Numbered from the stretch's first letter, positions 9,757 through 19,557 are shown. The stretch: 64,000 bases of DNA from an uncultured archaeon (GCA_964540145.1 CAZILS010000004.1:605-64604), one strand, 5' to 3'. Numbers and translations: made by a program. The notes: generated by a model not told the origin, from the letters alone.

Positions 9757-9965
9757 CAACTTTTTTCCAAAAAGTTGACAAAAATCAGGAGTTGACAAAA
9801 ATCAGGGTGCGAGCCCCATCAAGGCGAGCTCGGTCTATACGGAGCAGAGCGAAGTATAGACCACGTACCAGGCGGACGTGTCGCCTTTCGAATCCGCCCC
9901 CCTGCACAACTTTTTTCCAAAAAGTTGACAAAAATCAGGAGTTGGCAAAAATCAGGTTGCGAGCC
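9737..9965 (+). repeat. 79-bp direct repeat (9737-9815 and 9887-9965) containing the tRNA-Leu 3' end, around a 71-nt hairpin-rich spacer
   Basis: Offset 150, two mismatches; spacer has GGTCTATAC/GTATAGACC stem and AGGCGA/TCGCCT ends. Confidence 0.9.
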
Positions 9966-10106
9966 TAATTGAGGCGTTGATTCAAAGGGCAACATACTCT
10001 GTTTCAGCAAGGAAGGCGTAAAAAGGATCGGTTAACCCCGGCCGGAGATTTGTTCCAAAACCCTTATATACCCAAAAAGCCAATAATTGTGAGTTAATTC
10101 AAAAAG

Positions 10107-11351
10107 GTGCTTTGGTTGGCGATATTTGAGGATGCGATAATACTTCTCGTGCTGCTGTTCTTTTCAGGAGTATTTTCGGGAATGGAAACAGCATTGGTTT
10201 CACTTAGCAAATACCGGATTAAGATATTGCTTAAGAAAGGGGCCAGGGGCGCCGGAAGCCTCGAAAAACTGAAGAAGAAGCCCCAGCGGATGATAACAAC
10301 AATCCTGATAGGGAACAACCTTGTCAATATAGGGGCAGCCTCTTTCGCAACTGTTGTCGCAATTCAGCTGTTTGGCGACGGCGCAATAGGGGTTGCGACA
10401 GGAATAATGACATTGCTTGTCCTCATATTCGGTGAGATAACCCCGAAGACACTTGCGTTGAGGCATGCGGAAGGGATTTCCCTGGCTGTGGCAGGTCCGC
10501 TTCTCTGGCTTTCATACATCCTCGGGCCGGTTATATTTGTCCTCGAGAAAATAACAAAGCTTATCGTAATGGTTTTCGGGGTGAGCTCGATAGAGAAGGG
10601 CCTCACTGAAGACGAGGTTAAGGCAATGGTTTCGATGGGCGCCGAGGAGGGCGCGATTAACCGGGCCGAAAGGGACATAATCCACAGGGTTTTCCGGTTC
10701 AATGACATTCCGGTTGAGGATGTGATGACTTCCCGCACTGAAATGGTTGCCGTGCCGCACAACTCAAACGTTTCCGATATCCTTAAGGTCTTTGAAAAAT
10801 CCCCCTTCTCAAGGATACCTGTCTACCGGGAAAGCGAAGACAACATCGTGGGGATTTTCTATGTCAAGGATGCCCTTCTAAGGATGTCGAAAGGGAAGGG
10901 CGACCTCAAGGTGGAGAAGATAATGAGGACGGCTTATTTCATCCCCCCGACAAAGACCCTTGAAAAACTCCTTGGGGAGTTCAGGCATAAGCACATCCAC
11001 ATTGCGATTGTTGCAGGGGAGTATGGGGAAGTCCTTGGCCTGGTGACAATAGAGGATTTGCTTGAGGAACTTGTCGGGGATATTGTGGATGAGCTTGAGG
11101 CGGAACCTAAAATACAGAGGCTCAATGAAAAAACAATCAGGGTTCCGGGCAATATGGAACTTGAATTGATTAACAAGGAATTGGGAACAAAACTCTCCTC
11201 CGATGAGTTTGACACAATCGCGGGCCTGATTATGGCGAAGCTTGACCGGGTTCCTGAAAGCGGCGAGGCCATCATCCTCGAAAAGATACGAATCGAGACC
11301 GAGAAGGTCGAGGGCGCAAAGATATCCTCCGTCAAGATAGTGAAACTATAG
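10107..11351 (+). CDS. CNNM/HlyC-CorC family membrane protein (DUF21, CBS pair, CorC domain)
   Basis: FSGMETAL, TILIGNNLVN, FGEITPKT, FSRIPVY, GLVTIEDLLEELVG. Confidence 0.93.
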   Translation: MLWLAIFEDAIILLVLLFFSGVFSGMETALVSLSKYRIKILLKKGARGAGSLEKLKKKPQRMITTILIGNNLVNIGAASFATVVAIQLFGDGAIGVATGIMTLLVLIFGEITPKTLALRHAEGISLAVAGPLLWLSYILGPVIFVLEKITKLIVMVFGVSSIEKGLTEDEVKAMVSMGAEEGAINRAERDIIHRVFRFNDIPVEDVMTSRTEMVAVPHNSNVSDILKVFEKSPFSRIPVYRESEDNIVGIFYVKDALLRMSKGKGDLKVEKIMRTAYFIPPTKTLEKLLGEFRHKHIHIAIVAGEYGEVLGLVTIEDLLEELVGDIVDELEAEPKIQRLNEKTIRVPGNMELELINKELGTKLSSDEFDTIAGLIMAKLDRVPESGEAIILEKIRIETEKVEGAKISSVKIVKL

Positions 11352-11387
11352 TTTTATTTAAAAGATTTAACCACCCCCTTTCATATT

Positions 11388-11576
11388 ATGGAGTGCAAAA
11401 AAGAGGAGAACGCAAGGGGGTGCAACTGTACCTATCCCTGCGGCAGGAAGGGCATTTGCTGCGAGTGCGTGGCCTACCACCGCAAAAGGGGGGAGCTTCC
11501 TGCCTGTTACTTCGATTCGAAGACCGAGGCTACGTACGACCGGAGCTTCGAGGCCTACCTTAACTCCGGCAAATAA
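11388..11576 (+). CDS. Small Cys-rich metal-binding protein (DUF6485-like)
   Basis: [31 protein letters not shown]. Confidence 0.75.
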   Translation: MECKKEENARGCNCTYPCGRKGICCECVAYHRKRGELPACYFDSKTEATYDRSFEAYLNSGK

Positions 11577-11579
11577 TAC

Positions 11580-11651
11580 GGGCTCGTGGTCTAGTGGTAT
11601 GACGCCGCCTTCACACGGCGGAGACCGGCGGTTCAATTCCGCCCGGGCCCA
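11580..11651 (+). tRNA. tRNA-Val (CAC)
   Basis: GGGCTCG/CGGGCCC+A, anticodon arm CCGCC-TTCACAC-GGCGG, GGTTCAATTCC. Confidence 0.95.
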
Positions 11652-11723
11652 TATTTTCGCAGAGGGGACTTTGCATTGCCAGATAGGCAACGGTTTTTAA
11701 CCTCCCTCCCCCATATTTCTTTT

Positions 11724-13178
11724 ATGGTTTCAACCCGCACAAAGACGCTGATAGCCATACTTCTGATAGCTGTGTCCCTTAGGATAGGGCCTGTATTCCT
11801 CTTTGACGGAATGCCAATAGGATATGACAATCCCTACCATGTTAGGATGTCGGAGATAATTCAGGACAGTGGTGCTGTCCCTGGCCAAGACCCTATTTTG
11901 GGGGGAAGGCCCTACACCTACCCCGCCTTTTACCACATACTCCTCGCTTCCCTTTCAATTGTTTCAGGACTGCCAGTACAAACACTAATCCCTTTTCTCC
12001 TCCCATTTATTTCATTCCTTGTTGTTCCCGCAATCTATATTTTTGCAAGGCAATTTTCCGGCGAGACGTGGGCGTTAGTTGTTGCGCTTATGGCGGCATG
12101 CGCCTCGGCTTTGACAATGGCATCTTACAACTCCCCTGAAAACGCGGCTTTCCTTCTCCTCCCCCTGTCAATAATGCTCCTTGCGAGAGGGAGGCTGTTC
12201 CTCGGGAGCCTTCTCTTTTCGCTTTGCCTTTTCTGGAACTATTTTGCGTTCCTTATTTCATTGCCGGCAATGCTGCTGGCATTCGCATGGAGAAGGGAGG
12301 TTCTCCCTAATTTCCTGTTCGCACTCCTGGCTTCCGCCTTAGTCTGGCTGCTTTCATACGGCCCCGATGCCCTGCTGTGGTTCAGCGTAAGCTCGGGAAC
12401 CTCCTTCGTTGCGAATAACCTCAAGGATGTGATGCTTTCGCTTGTCCTTGACTCGGGCCTCATCCTTCTGGTTTTCCTTGCCTATGCCGCGAAGAAACTA
12501 ACAACCCCTGCTGCAAAATACTGGTATCTCTATGCGCTTACCTCCGGCATTGCCCTGGTAAGCTATCTTATAACTCCGGTAATGCGGAGCTGGGAGCAGC
12601 CAAAATTCCTCTCACTTGGCATTGCCTGCCTCACAGCATCGATTGTCGCGGGCAAGTATTTCAAGAAATTCGTTTACGCAGTGATAATAATTTTCTTTTT
12701 CGCCTCTTTGCTAAGCGCGTTCCAGATTGCCTACCCAAAAACAAATTCATTGGACCTGCACGCAATCTCCTGGCTTGAATCAAAAAATCCCGAAGGAAAC
12801 ATTCTTGCAGACCCCACCCTGTCCGAGGAGATAGCAAACCGCACCTCCCTCGCCCCGCAGATAATGACAGCATTGCAGTTTGAAACCCTCACCGAAAATA
12901 ATTTTGTCGAATCCTCCTTGAAGTACCTTGGCAACCAGCCTTTGGAAGATGAGCAGGCTTACGTGAGGGAAAGCGGCCTGCAGTACATCCTCCTGAACTT
13001 TGAGGACGAGAAAGTAAGGGGCACTTCCCACCTTGATGAAAAGCCCTACCTTAACAAGGTCTATTCCCTGAACTATTACCAGCCCTGCCCTTTCGGCCTG
13101 CTGCCGGTAACGCAGGGATTTGCTTGCGGCAATCTTGAAACAAAGATACTCAAGGCGAAAACAGAATTCCTTAATTAA
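11724..13178 (+). CDS. Polytopic membrane protein, GT-C fold glycosyltransferase-like
   Basis: PIGYDNPYH after first TM, YTYPAFYH, many TMs, soluble C-terminal domain. Confidence 0.6.
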   Translation: MVSTRTKTLIAILLIAVSLRIGPVFLFDGMPIGYDNPYHVRMSEIIQDSGAVPGQDPILGGRPYTYPAFYHILLASLSIVSGLPVQTLIPFLLPFISFLVVPAIYIFARQFSGETWALVVALMAACASALTMASYNSPENAAFLLLPLSIMLLARGRLFLGSLLFSLCLFWNYFAFLISLPAMLLAFAWRREVLPNFLFALLASALVWLLSYGPDALLWFSVSSGTSFVANNLKDVMLSLVLDSGLILLVFLAYAAKKLTTPAAKYWYLYALTSGIALVSYLITPVMRSWEQPKFLSLGIACLTASIVAGKYFKKFVYAVIIIFFFASLLSAFQIAYPKTNSLDLHAISWLESKNPEGNILADPTLSEEIANRTSLAPQIMTALQFETLTENNFVESSLKYLGNQPLEDEQAYVRESGLQYILLNFEDEKVRGTSHLDEKPYLNKVYSLNYYQPCPFGLLPVTQGFACGNLETKILKAKTEFLN

Positions 13179-14650
13179 ACCCTTCCGGCAATGACTTTCC
13201 CGGAATATCCGCTCTCCCTAACTTTTGCCATTATGGTCATAAGCTGGAACATAGGGAGAGTTTCCCCCTCGACATAAACAGTTGTCTCGTTTCCCTTTGT
13301 CTCAAGGGACATAACCCTGAGGTCAAGGAGATTCCCCCGGAAAACCATTTCCGCATCAGGAACACCGTCCATCCATCTGAACTTGGCCGCAACAATCCTC
13401 TTTACAGGGAAATTATATTCCGCAATAAGGTATGTTGTTGTTGGAAATTTTCCCCGGAAGAAATCCTCAATTTGCCTTGCCCTGTAATCTTCCCGGTCGG
13501 GGAAAAGCCTGAAGTAACCTGCCCATCCAAGCACATCTGCCTCGCTAACCTCGCCAAATTCAGAGGCTGCGCTGTGCAAGTCGTCTGATGTTGTCCCTTC
13601 AGGCAGGCCGTAAACATAGATAACAGCTTCGCTTGTGATAACCTCGCCATAGGCGTTGCTGAGGAATGCCCCTCCCAAAGGCATTGCTGAAATTGAGAGC
13701 AGGTAAATCGCGGCAACAGCAAGAGCCCCGGTCCTTATCAGGTCTCCCTTTTCAGGAACCCCGATAGCCTGCACAAGGATAATAACTGCAGTAAGGAAAA
13801 CAGCAACGCTCCAGCCGCTTGCATAAACAAAACCTTCGTAGTTCACATTTCCCAGAATGAAGGTGTAGAGCGAAACCCCAAGCAGCGGGAAAAGCCTTTC
13901 AATCCAGCCCTCCAGTTCAAGCATGTTCCTCCCGATAAAAAACAGGAGGAAGAAAAGCGCAACAATCATGTATGTGCTGAACATTCCCCCGTCCACAATA
14001 AGCACGGCAATCCCGAACACCGCCGCGATTAGCGCGGTGTAATCAACGATGCCCAGCTCATTTGCCTTGATTGTGGCAAAGCCAACTCCTGCAAGAACAA
14101 TAATTATGGAGAGGAGCATGAAAGTAATCCCTATTTCTAGAGAATTATCAAGAACATCGTATAACGGCTGCCCAGTGTCAAGCGTATTGGGAAATGTTAT
14201 TCCTGTAATTTCAGAAAATGCCGCAAGCGCAACCTTTGGAAAGTGGTTGTGCTCAAGCCAGGAAAGCTCCGCCCCGTGGTGGCTTTCTTCCTGTATGTAT
14301 GAAATGAAAGGCCCGCCAGACCCAAAATCCTGGGAAATGCTGTTGAAGAGCGAATATCCCGAAATAAAACCAAATGCGGAAACAACGAGAAAAACTATGA
14401 ACAAAATATTTCCTATAAGCCCAAAGCCTTTATCCCCCATGAATCTCCTGAAAAGAACTCCTATCAATGGAACAACCGAGAACCAGCCCAGGGTGAGGAA
14501 TGTTTTTCCCATCGAGGTTCCGCCAAAAAGAAGCTCGCTAAGCCCGTGCATGATTAAGAGAAAGTCCCTGCTAATCGCCGAAAGGACGAGGAGTGTTATG
14601 AAAACCCCGCCCAGCAAACCGAGCTGTTTTTCGCTAGCCATAGAAACCAC
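13175..14650 (-). CDS. Hypothetical polytopic membrane protein
   Basis: 491-aa ORF, about 10 TMs, co-oriented behind the HerA-like gene. Confidence 0.7.
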   Translation of the reverse strand: MVSMASEKQLGLLGGVFITLLVLSAISRDFLLIMHGLSELLFGGTSMGKTFLTLGWFSVVPLIGVLFRRFMGDKGFGLIGNILFIVFLVVSAFGFISGYSLFNSISQDFGSGGPFISYIQEESHHGAELSWLEHNHFPKVALAAFSEITGITFPNTLDTGQPLYDVLDNSLEIGITFMLLSIIIVLAGVGFATIKANELGIVDYTALIAAVFGIAVLIVDGGMFSTYMIVALFFLLFFIGRNMLELEGWIERLFPLLGVSLYTFILGNVNYEGFVYASGWSVAVFLTAVIILVQAIGVPEKGDLIRTGALAVAAIYLLSISAMPLGGAFLSNAYGEVITSEAVIYVYGLPEGTTSDDLHSAASEFGEVSEADVLGWAGYFRLFPDREDYRARQIEDFFRGKFPTTTYLIAEYNFPVKRIVAAKFRWMDGVPDAEMVFRGNLLDLRVMSLETKGNETTVYVEGETLPMFQLMTIMAKVRESGYSGKVIAGRV

Positions 14651-14662
14651 CTTTCAGCGCCT

Positions 14663-15958
14663 TCAGTCCGTGAAGGCGGTTGCGGTAACGCCCCCGTCCC
14701 AGGAAAGCCTCGGCCTTATTTTGACCATCCATATTTTTTCCGTGTTGTCGTCTATAATAAGCGCAAACCCCTTTGCGTTGGGCATCTCCGCATAGTACTT
14801 GTCCAAATCCTGGTGTAGGTAACTTGGTCTCAATGCCCCCACCGCCTCTATGTCCGGCTTTGCAGTCATCCTGTGCGAGATGAAAAGGTCGCACTGCGAA
14901 ATACAGTCGGGATGAAGCCTGTTCGGCCTTTGCGTTGCCAGCACTAAGGACAGGCCGGGCTGCCTTCCGACCCTCACCCACTCGAGCAGGACAGACAGCG
15001 CTATGTTCTCCTCGTCTTTCGGCATGAACATGTGCGCCTCATCGATAAACATCCAGATAATCGGCATCGAACTCTTCCTTCCTTCTCCCTTCATCAGCTT
15101 TACTTCTTCTTCTTTCCTGAAGAGCATTCTCTCCTCAAACAATTTCTTCCCGAGCAAAGCAACTATGATGTCCCTTGTTCCTTCCATGCCAATCGCTTGC
15201 CGGTAGGCGGAAACATCAATAACGGTAATAGCGCCGGGCTTCGCAATCTCCGACATCCTAGTGCCCTCCTTCTCAAGAAGCCCCCAGGTCTTTGCAACAT
15301 TAAGCCTGTTGATAAGCGCCTTCTTCGCAAGCTCCTCGGCTTCGGTATCGGCCTTGACCGCGGCTATGATGTCATCAATACCATAATAGGTTCCCAGTTT
15401 TTCCTTCACACTTGTAATTACCCTTGTGAGCAGCACCCCTTCAGGGTCTTTCCATGTGAGCTTGAACATCGCAAGCCATTCGGTATCGTCAAGCTCGGAT
15501 GTCTTTATCGTAAATGCGCCATCGACAGGCAGCTCCTTCTCCTTGTAGAAATCGAGCTTTCCCTTAGGAACCATAACCCTTACATCGGTTTTCCCGGGCT
15601 CCAAGTCCCATTTCTCAAGCTCCTCCTTGTCCAGCTTGTTCGCAACCTTCAGTGTCCAGAAAATTCCCACAGTGTCTATTGCTATGACGGAAAGCCTTTC
15701 CTTGATTTCGGGGGGCTGCCTCGCAAACTCCTCAAGGACAACGCTCATAGTGTACGATTTTCCGCCTCCGCGCTTGCCGCAGATAAGCATAACGTGCGGC
15801 ATCGTGACATCACTTAGAATCTTCCTCCCGAGGACAGGCCTCTCCCCGGAACTCATCACCACCTTTCCCAAATAGGCGGTTCCCCGCTCGCCGTATTTTT
15901 CGATGTCGCCCAAAGAGCGCCCTATTATGGATTTTTTTTCGCTGATGTCGAGGGCCAT
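14663..15958 (-). CDS. HerA/FtsK-like ATPase (DUF87)
   Basis: Walker A GKRGGGKS, Walker B MFIDEAH, GRQPG..LATQRP. Confidence 0.88.
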   Translation of the reverse strand: MALDISEKKSIIGRSLGDIEKYGERGTAYLGKVVMSSGERPVLGRKILSDVTMPHVMLICGKRGGGKSYTMSVVLEEFARQPPEIKERLSVIAIDTVGIFWTLKVANKLDKEELEKWDLEPGKTDVRVMVPKGKLDFYKEKELPVDGAFTIKTSELDDTEWLAMFKLTWKDPEGVLLTRVITSVKEKLGTYYGIDDIIAAVKADTEAEELAKKALINRLNVAKTWGLLEKEGTRMSEIAKPGAITVIDVSAYRQAIGMEGTRDIIVALLGKKLFEERMLFRKEEEVKLMKGEGRKSSMPIIWMFIDEAHMFMPKDEENIALSVLLEWVRVGRQPGLSLVLATQRPNRLHPDCISQCDLFISHRMTAKPDIEAVGALRPSYLHQDLDKYYAEMPNAKGFALIIDDNTEKIWMVKIRPRLSWDGGVTATAFTD

Positions 15959-16015
15959 GCCCTAATAATGCACGTTCTATTATTTAAAGACTTATACCCA
16001 AATATTTGCGATTGC

Positions 16016-16477
16016 ATGGCTGACCTGAAAGAGAGGGAAGAACGGCTGAAATTCATACTTTCCAAGGTAAACACGGAGATAGAAAAGTTCGGGAAAATAC
16101 AGTCTGCGCTTGAGGCAAGGCAGGATGAACTAAGCGAGGCTGTTGCAGGGAAGGGAATTTCAAACATCCCCGTGAACATAACCCCCCACACCGAAAGTTC
16201 GGAAAACCTCTACGAGGAAACGAGGCAGCACATAATGGAGCTTACGAAGCTGAAGAGCCTGATAGAAACCAGGCTCAATCTCGTGATAAAGGAGGAGGAG
16301 CTAATCGCGGAGCTGAAGGATAAGTACGGGGATAATGTTTCCCTCGCTAAACTCCCCACAGGGGAATTCCGGCTTGAGTTTAAAGATGAGAAGAGCGAGG
16401 ATGCCTTCGAGCAGCTCAAGATGAGCAAGAAGATGGTAGGGCAGTTAAGGGAATCGGTCCAAGATTCCCAAAAATAA
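16016..16477 (+). CDS. Hypothetical coiled-coil protein
   Basis: Charged helical ORF, TTTAAA box upstream, divergent from HerA-like gene. Confidence 0.7.
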   Translation: MADLKEREERLKFILSKVNTEIEKFGKIQSALEARQDELSEAVAGKGISNIPVNITPHTESSENLYEETRQHIMELTKLKSLIETRLNLVIKEEELIAELKDKYGDNVSLAKLPTGEFRLEFKDEKSEDAFEQLKMSKKMVGQLRESVQDSQK

Positions 16478-16499
16478 AACTGATTGTAAAGAAATAAGT

Positions 16500-16800
16500 G
16501 TAATGCCCTAGGTTTTGGTGGGGGTTGAAACTAGTCCTAGGGCACAACTGTAATGCCCTGAAAATTGGTGGGGGTTGAAACTAGTATTCCCAGGGCAAAA
16601 CCGCAATTTCTCTCCCCTCCGGGAAGAGAATTGAAGAAAGGGGGTCACCTCACGAAACCCCTCCTTTCTTCTCTTTTGTTTTTTTGTATTGAAGTTAACT
16701 CTTCTTATTTTTTTGTATTGGGGTTAAGGAGGGGCGGCACCCCGGATCCTTCGTTTCGAAAGGCAAAGGATTTGGTGGGGTCAATTGCCAGGGCGCCTTC
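16500..16800. repeat. Repeated stem-loops sharing TTGGTGGGGGTTGAAACTAGT (16515-16535, 16565-16585; partial 16772-16781)
   Basis: 50-bp period; stems TGCCCTAGG/CCTAGGGCA and TGCCCTG/CAGGGCA; between convergent genes. Confidence 0.8.
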
Positions 16801-16833
16801 CTTCCTCAAAGCTTTTGCACCAGTGCTTTCGCA

Positions 16834-17310
16834 CTAGTGCCTCAGCAAGTATAAAACCTTCTTTCCAGACCTCACCTTCTGGAGATACCCCTCCCTGCAA
16901 AGTTTATTCAATCTCTGTGAAGCTCCATTCAATCCGCTGTAATTCAAAACCGACATTATGTCATGGGCTGTTCCCTGCTCCCTTTCCCCAATGAACTCAA
17001 GGATGAGCTTGTCCTGCTCGGGCAGTATTTCATACTGCGTTCCCTTCAGCTCTTCCTGCTGTAAGTTTGGGCTGCCTGTCTTCAACTGGAGCATAATCTG
17101 GTCGTATTTGTCGTTGATGCTTTCAAGAACCTTGTTGGTTTTTTCCCTTTCCTGGGCAACCTTGAAGAGCAGTGCGGCCAACGTCCTCGGATCTTCAGCG
17201 TTATCCATGATTTCCTCAAGGTCTTGTGTGGAGCTCTTAAACACTTCGCTTATTTTGGCTACTGAATCATGCTCCTTTTCCAATGCCTTGATTGTATCAT
17301 GACTATTCAT
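16834..17310 (-). CDS. Coiled-coil plus C-terminal winged-HTH transcription factor
   Basis: LPEQDKLIL..TAHDI..LNYSGLNGASQRLNKL..EGYL.KVRSGKKV. Confidence 0.75.
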   Translation of the reverse strand: MNSHDTIKALEKEHDSVAKISEVFKSSTQDLEEIMDNAEDPRTLAALLFKVAQEREKTNKVLESINDKYDQIMLQLKTGSPNLQQEELKGTQYEILPEQDKLILEFIGEREQGTAHDIMSVLNYSGLNGASQRLNKLCREGYLQKVRSGKKVLYLLRH

Positions 17311-17334
17311 GTTGTATCATGATAGTATCATGAT
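17294..17334. promoter_or_regulatory. Three GTATCATGA palindromic boxes across the start codon; candidate autoregulatory operators
   Basis: Copies at 17294, 17314, 17325; two are perfect TATCATGATA palindromes, next to a TATAAA-like box. Confidence 0.6.
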
Positions 17335-17393
17335 ATTTATATACTTTTCGGTTTCATTTAGCAAACCCGCGCCATATGCCGAAAAACACAGCA

Positions 17394-17726
17394 TTAGCCA
17401 ATATCTACGACAAGCCTTTTCGGGCTTTGGACCTTTATCCGGATTTCCCCGCCCTTCTTCATTTGCATGAAATCCGCAATATCCTTGGAGATAGGCACAG
17501 CAAAGCTGTTTCCTACTTTAGTAATCTTCTTTCTGGATTCAAAGGGTTGTAAAATGCCCAGCTTGGAGACTTCCTCGTAAAGCTTATCTCCTTTTTTTGA
17601 GTCAAACAGCTCTTCTTTGCAGTCAGGGCAGTAATGGGCCTTAATGTCGTTTATCACAACTTTCCCCCCAAAGAGCTCCATGCTTGTTTTTATCTCCTTC
17701 AATTTTCCTCCGCACACACACTTCAT
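17394..17726 (-). CDS. YgiT/MqsA-type zinc finger plus AbrB/MazE domain antitoxin
   Basis: MKCVCGG, HYCPDCKEE, RKKITKVGNSFAVPISK; GAGGTG SD. Confidence 0.8.
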   Translation of the reverse strand: MKCVCGGKLKEIKTSMELFGGKVVINDIKAHYCPDCKEELFDSKKGDKLYEEVSKLGILQPFESRKKITKVGNSFAVPISKDIADFMQMKKGGEIRIKVQSPKRLVVDIG

Positions 17727-17730
17727 TTTC

Positions 17731-17965
17731 TCACCTCTTTTCAGAGTCATATGCCTTAATCTCCCGTTCGCTGCTTTTCCAGCAGGTTATAATCTTTATG
17801 CCGAATCTCATCCTCGCAAAGATTGCCGTGCAATAAACCCCCCCCAACCCTGCAGACCGCTTTCTCCTTTCCCAGCTTGCTTTCCAGAACAACACATTTG
17901 GAAAGCGCCTTTTCCACCTCGCTTTTGATTATTTCGTATTTCTCCTCGCCGGAGAAATGCAGGCA
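17731..17965 (-). pseudogene. Frameshifted BrnT/RelE-like toxin
   Basis: HFSGEEKYEIIKSEVEKAL..CRVGG joins VYCTAIFARMRFGIKIITCWKSSEREIKAYDSEKR-stop if one G is removed from the G8 run (17838-17845); 5' end unclear. Confidence 0.6.
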
Positions 17966-18054
17966 ACATTTGTTGGCCGAAGGAAGCCTGCCTTGCCAAA
18001 GAAAAATGTGGGCAAGGATTAAATATATGCTTGCACTTATAAGCAATTGGTGGT

Positions 18055-18612
18055 TTGATGGCGAAGAAGGTTTTGGTTGCTTACGGGACAAGATACGGTG
18101 CAACCGAGAAAACCGCGAACGACATAGCGAATGCCCTGAAAATTGCGGGCCTTGAGGCGAAGGTTGCCGATTTGAAAAAAGAGGCGCCGAAGGTCGGCAG
18201 CTTTGATGCGGTTGTTGTCGGTTCGGGCATTGCCGCGGGCAATTGGACAGGGGATGCAAAAAAATTCCTAAGGAAAAACAGGGAAAAGCTGGGTAAGGGG
18301 AAGAAGCCATTAGCGGTCTTTGTCAGCTGCGGCAAGGCGCTTGGGGATTCCGATGGGGCGAAACAGCAGTATATAACCCAGGTTATGGAAAAAGAGGGAA
18401 TTAGGCCGGACCTTGCCGAGGCGTTCCCCGGCATTTACGATTTCTCGGAAACCTCTAAAATCAATTTCATCATGAAGGCCATAATGCGGAAGGCGGCGCC
18501 CTCGCTGGCGAAGGAGTCCGGGAGGAAAATAGATCCCAAAGGGAAGAACGACCTGCGCGACCTTTCAAAGATAAGGCGGTTTGCGAAGAACTTCGCGGCA
18601 CTTGTCGAGTAG
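18055..18612 (+). CDS. Flavodoxin-domain protein (HemG-like)
   Basis: VLVAYGTRYGATEK.A..IA, FDAVVVGSGI. Confidence 0.88.
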   Translation: MMAKKVLVAYGTRYGATEKTANDIANALKIAGLEAKVADLKKEAPKVGSFDAVVVGSGIAAGNWTGDAKKFLRKNREKLGKGKKPLAVFVSCGKALGDSDGAKQQYITQVMEKEGIRPDLAEAFPGIYDFSETSKINFIMKAIMRKAAPSLAKESGRKIDPKGKNDLRDLSKIRRFAKNFAALVE

Positions 18613-18623
18613 ATGCAGTGCGG

Positions 18624-18941
18624 TCACTTCTTTCTTGTGAAGGTCAGGTTCTTGTATTTCAAAGTATTGTTGTTGACAAGCTCGTACTCAATTTTTTCTG
18701 TTGCGGTTGTGCCGAACATATCCCCTGTTACCTGCATTGTCTCGCCGTCGATTATCTCGTAGTCGAAGGAAACAGTGCCGAGCTTTGATTTGATAACCCC
18801 CGTGCCATCTCCGTAGAACGAAAGTTCAGTTTTCAGCCCCAAAACGCTTGTCTCCCAGTCCCCTACCAAAGGATTCCCGAAAGTGCAGCCGCTTGCAAAG
18901 ACAACCGCCGCAACCAGTGCCAAAACCAATATCTTCCTCAT
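18624..18941 (-). CDS. Small lipoprotein
   Basis: Lipobox ASGC, LVGDW..F..DGT beta-rich domain. Confidence 0.75.
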   Translation of the reverse strand: MRKILVLALVAAVVFASGCTFGNPLVGDWETSVLGLKTELSFYGDGTGVIKSKLGTVSFDYEIIDGETMQVTGDMFGTTATEKIEYELVNNNTLKYKNLTFTRKK

Positions 18942-18942
18942 T

Positions 18943-19290
18943 TTATCCCCTCTTCCTGAAAAGTTTTTTCAGTTCGCTGAAAAGTATCGCAAGTGCAATA
19001 AGTATGATTGCCGCAGGGACGAAAGGGAACTCAAGGCTCCACATCCCGAGCTCGGTGCCGAGCCATGTTACCCCCCACGCAAGAAGGAACAGCGCAAAGG
19101 CAATCCCGCCTGCGCTCGGACCGGGGTGGAACCGCCATTCCCTGCCGCAGAACCTCGCCCCCATACTGTCCCCAAATTTCTCGCCCCAGTCTTCCCATTT
19201 CCTGCCCCACTCTTCCCAGTCCTTGGGATTGCCTATTGGGGGAGGGCCTATCGGCTCCTCTTTCTGCGATGATTCCTTGCCATTGGCCAT
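18943..19290 (-). CDS. Small membrane protein
   Basis: WEEWG repeats, 2 TMs with WGVTWLG.ELG. Confidence 0.7.
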   Translation of the reverse strand: MANGKESSQKEEPIGPPPIGNPKDWEEWGRKWEDWGEKFGDSMGARFCGREWRFHPGPSAGGIAFALFLLAWGVTWLGTELGMWSLEFPFVPAAIILIALAILFSELKKLFRKRG

Positions 19291-19340
19291 AGGCTAATTA
19301 AAATACTTAGAACTATAAAAGCATATCTTTGGGCATTGGC

Positions 19341-19520
19341 TTAGGACATGCTTTTTTTTATTGCCTTGAACAGGAAACCGAGGGCGATAACGATGACGAG
19401 CACAGGCCAGAACGGGAAGTTCATCGCCCACCAGGTCATCTCGTTTCCCAGCCAGATTATGCCCCAGATGAGCACAAACAGCCAGAATACTATGCCGGAG
19501 GTTTTGTCGTGCGAACCCAT
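19341..19520 (-). CDS. Small membrane protein, paralog of the 18943-19290 TM region
   Basis: WGIIWLGNEM..FPFWP resembles WGVTWLGTEL..FPFVP. Confidence 0.65.
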   Translation of the reverse strand: MGSHDKTSGIVFWLFVLIWGIIWLGNEMTWWAMNFPFWPVLVIVIALGFLFKAIKKSMS

Positions 19521-19557
19521 GAATGGATAACGCCTTTTTGGTATAAAAGCCTGCCCC

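Noticed and set aside
9887..9906. Second tRNA-Leu 3' fragment as a split or permuted tRNA half
   Set aside because: Only about 20 nt of T-arm and acceptor strand, no anticodon part or bulge-helix-bulge; same for 28854-28876
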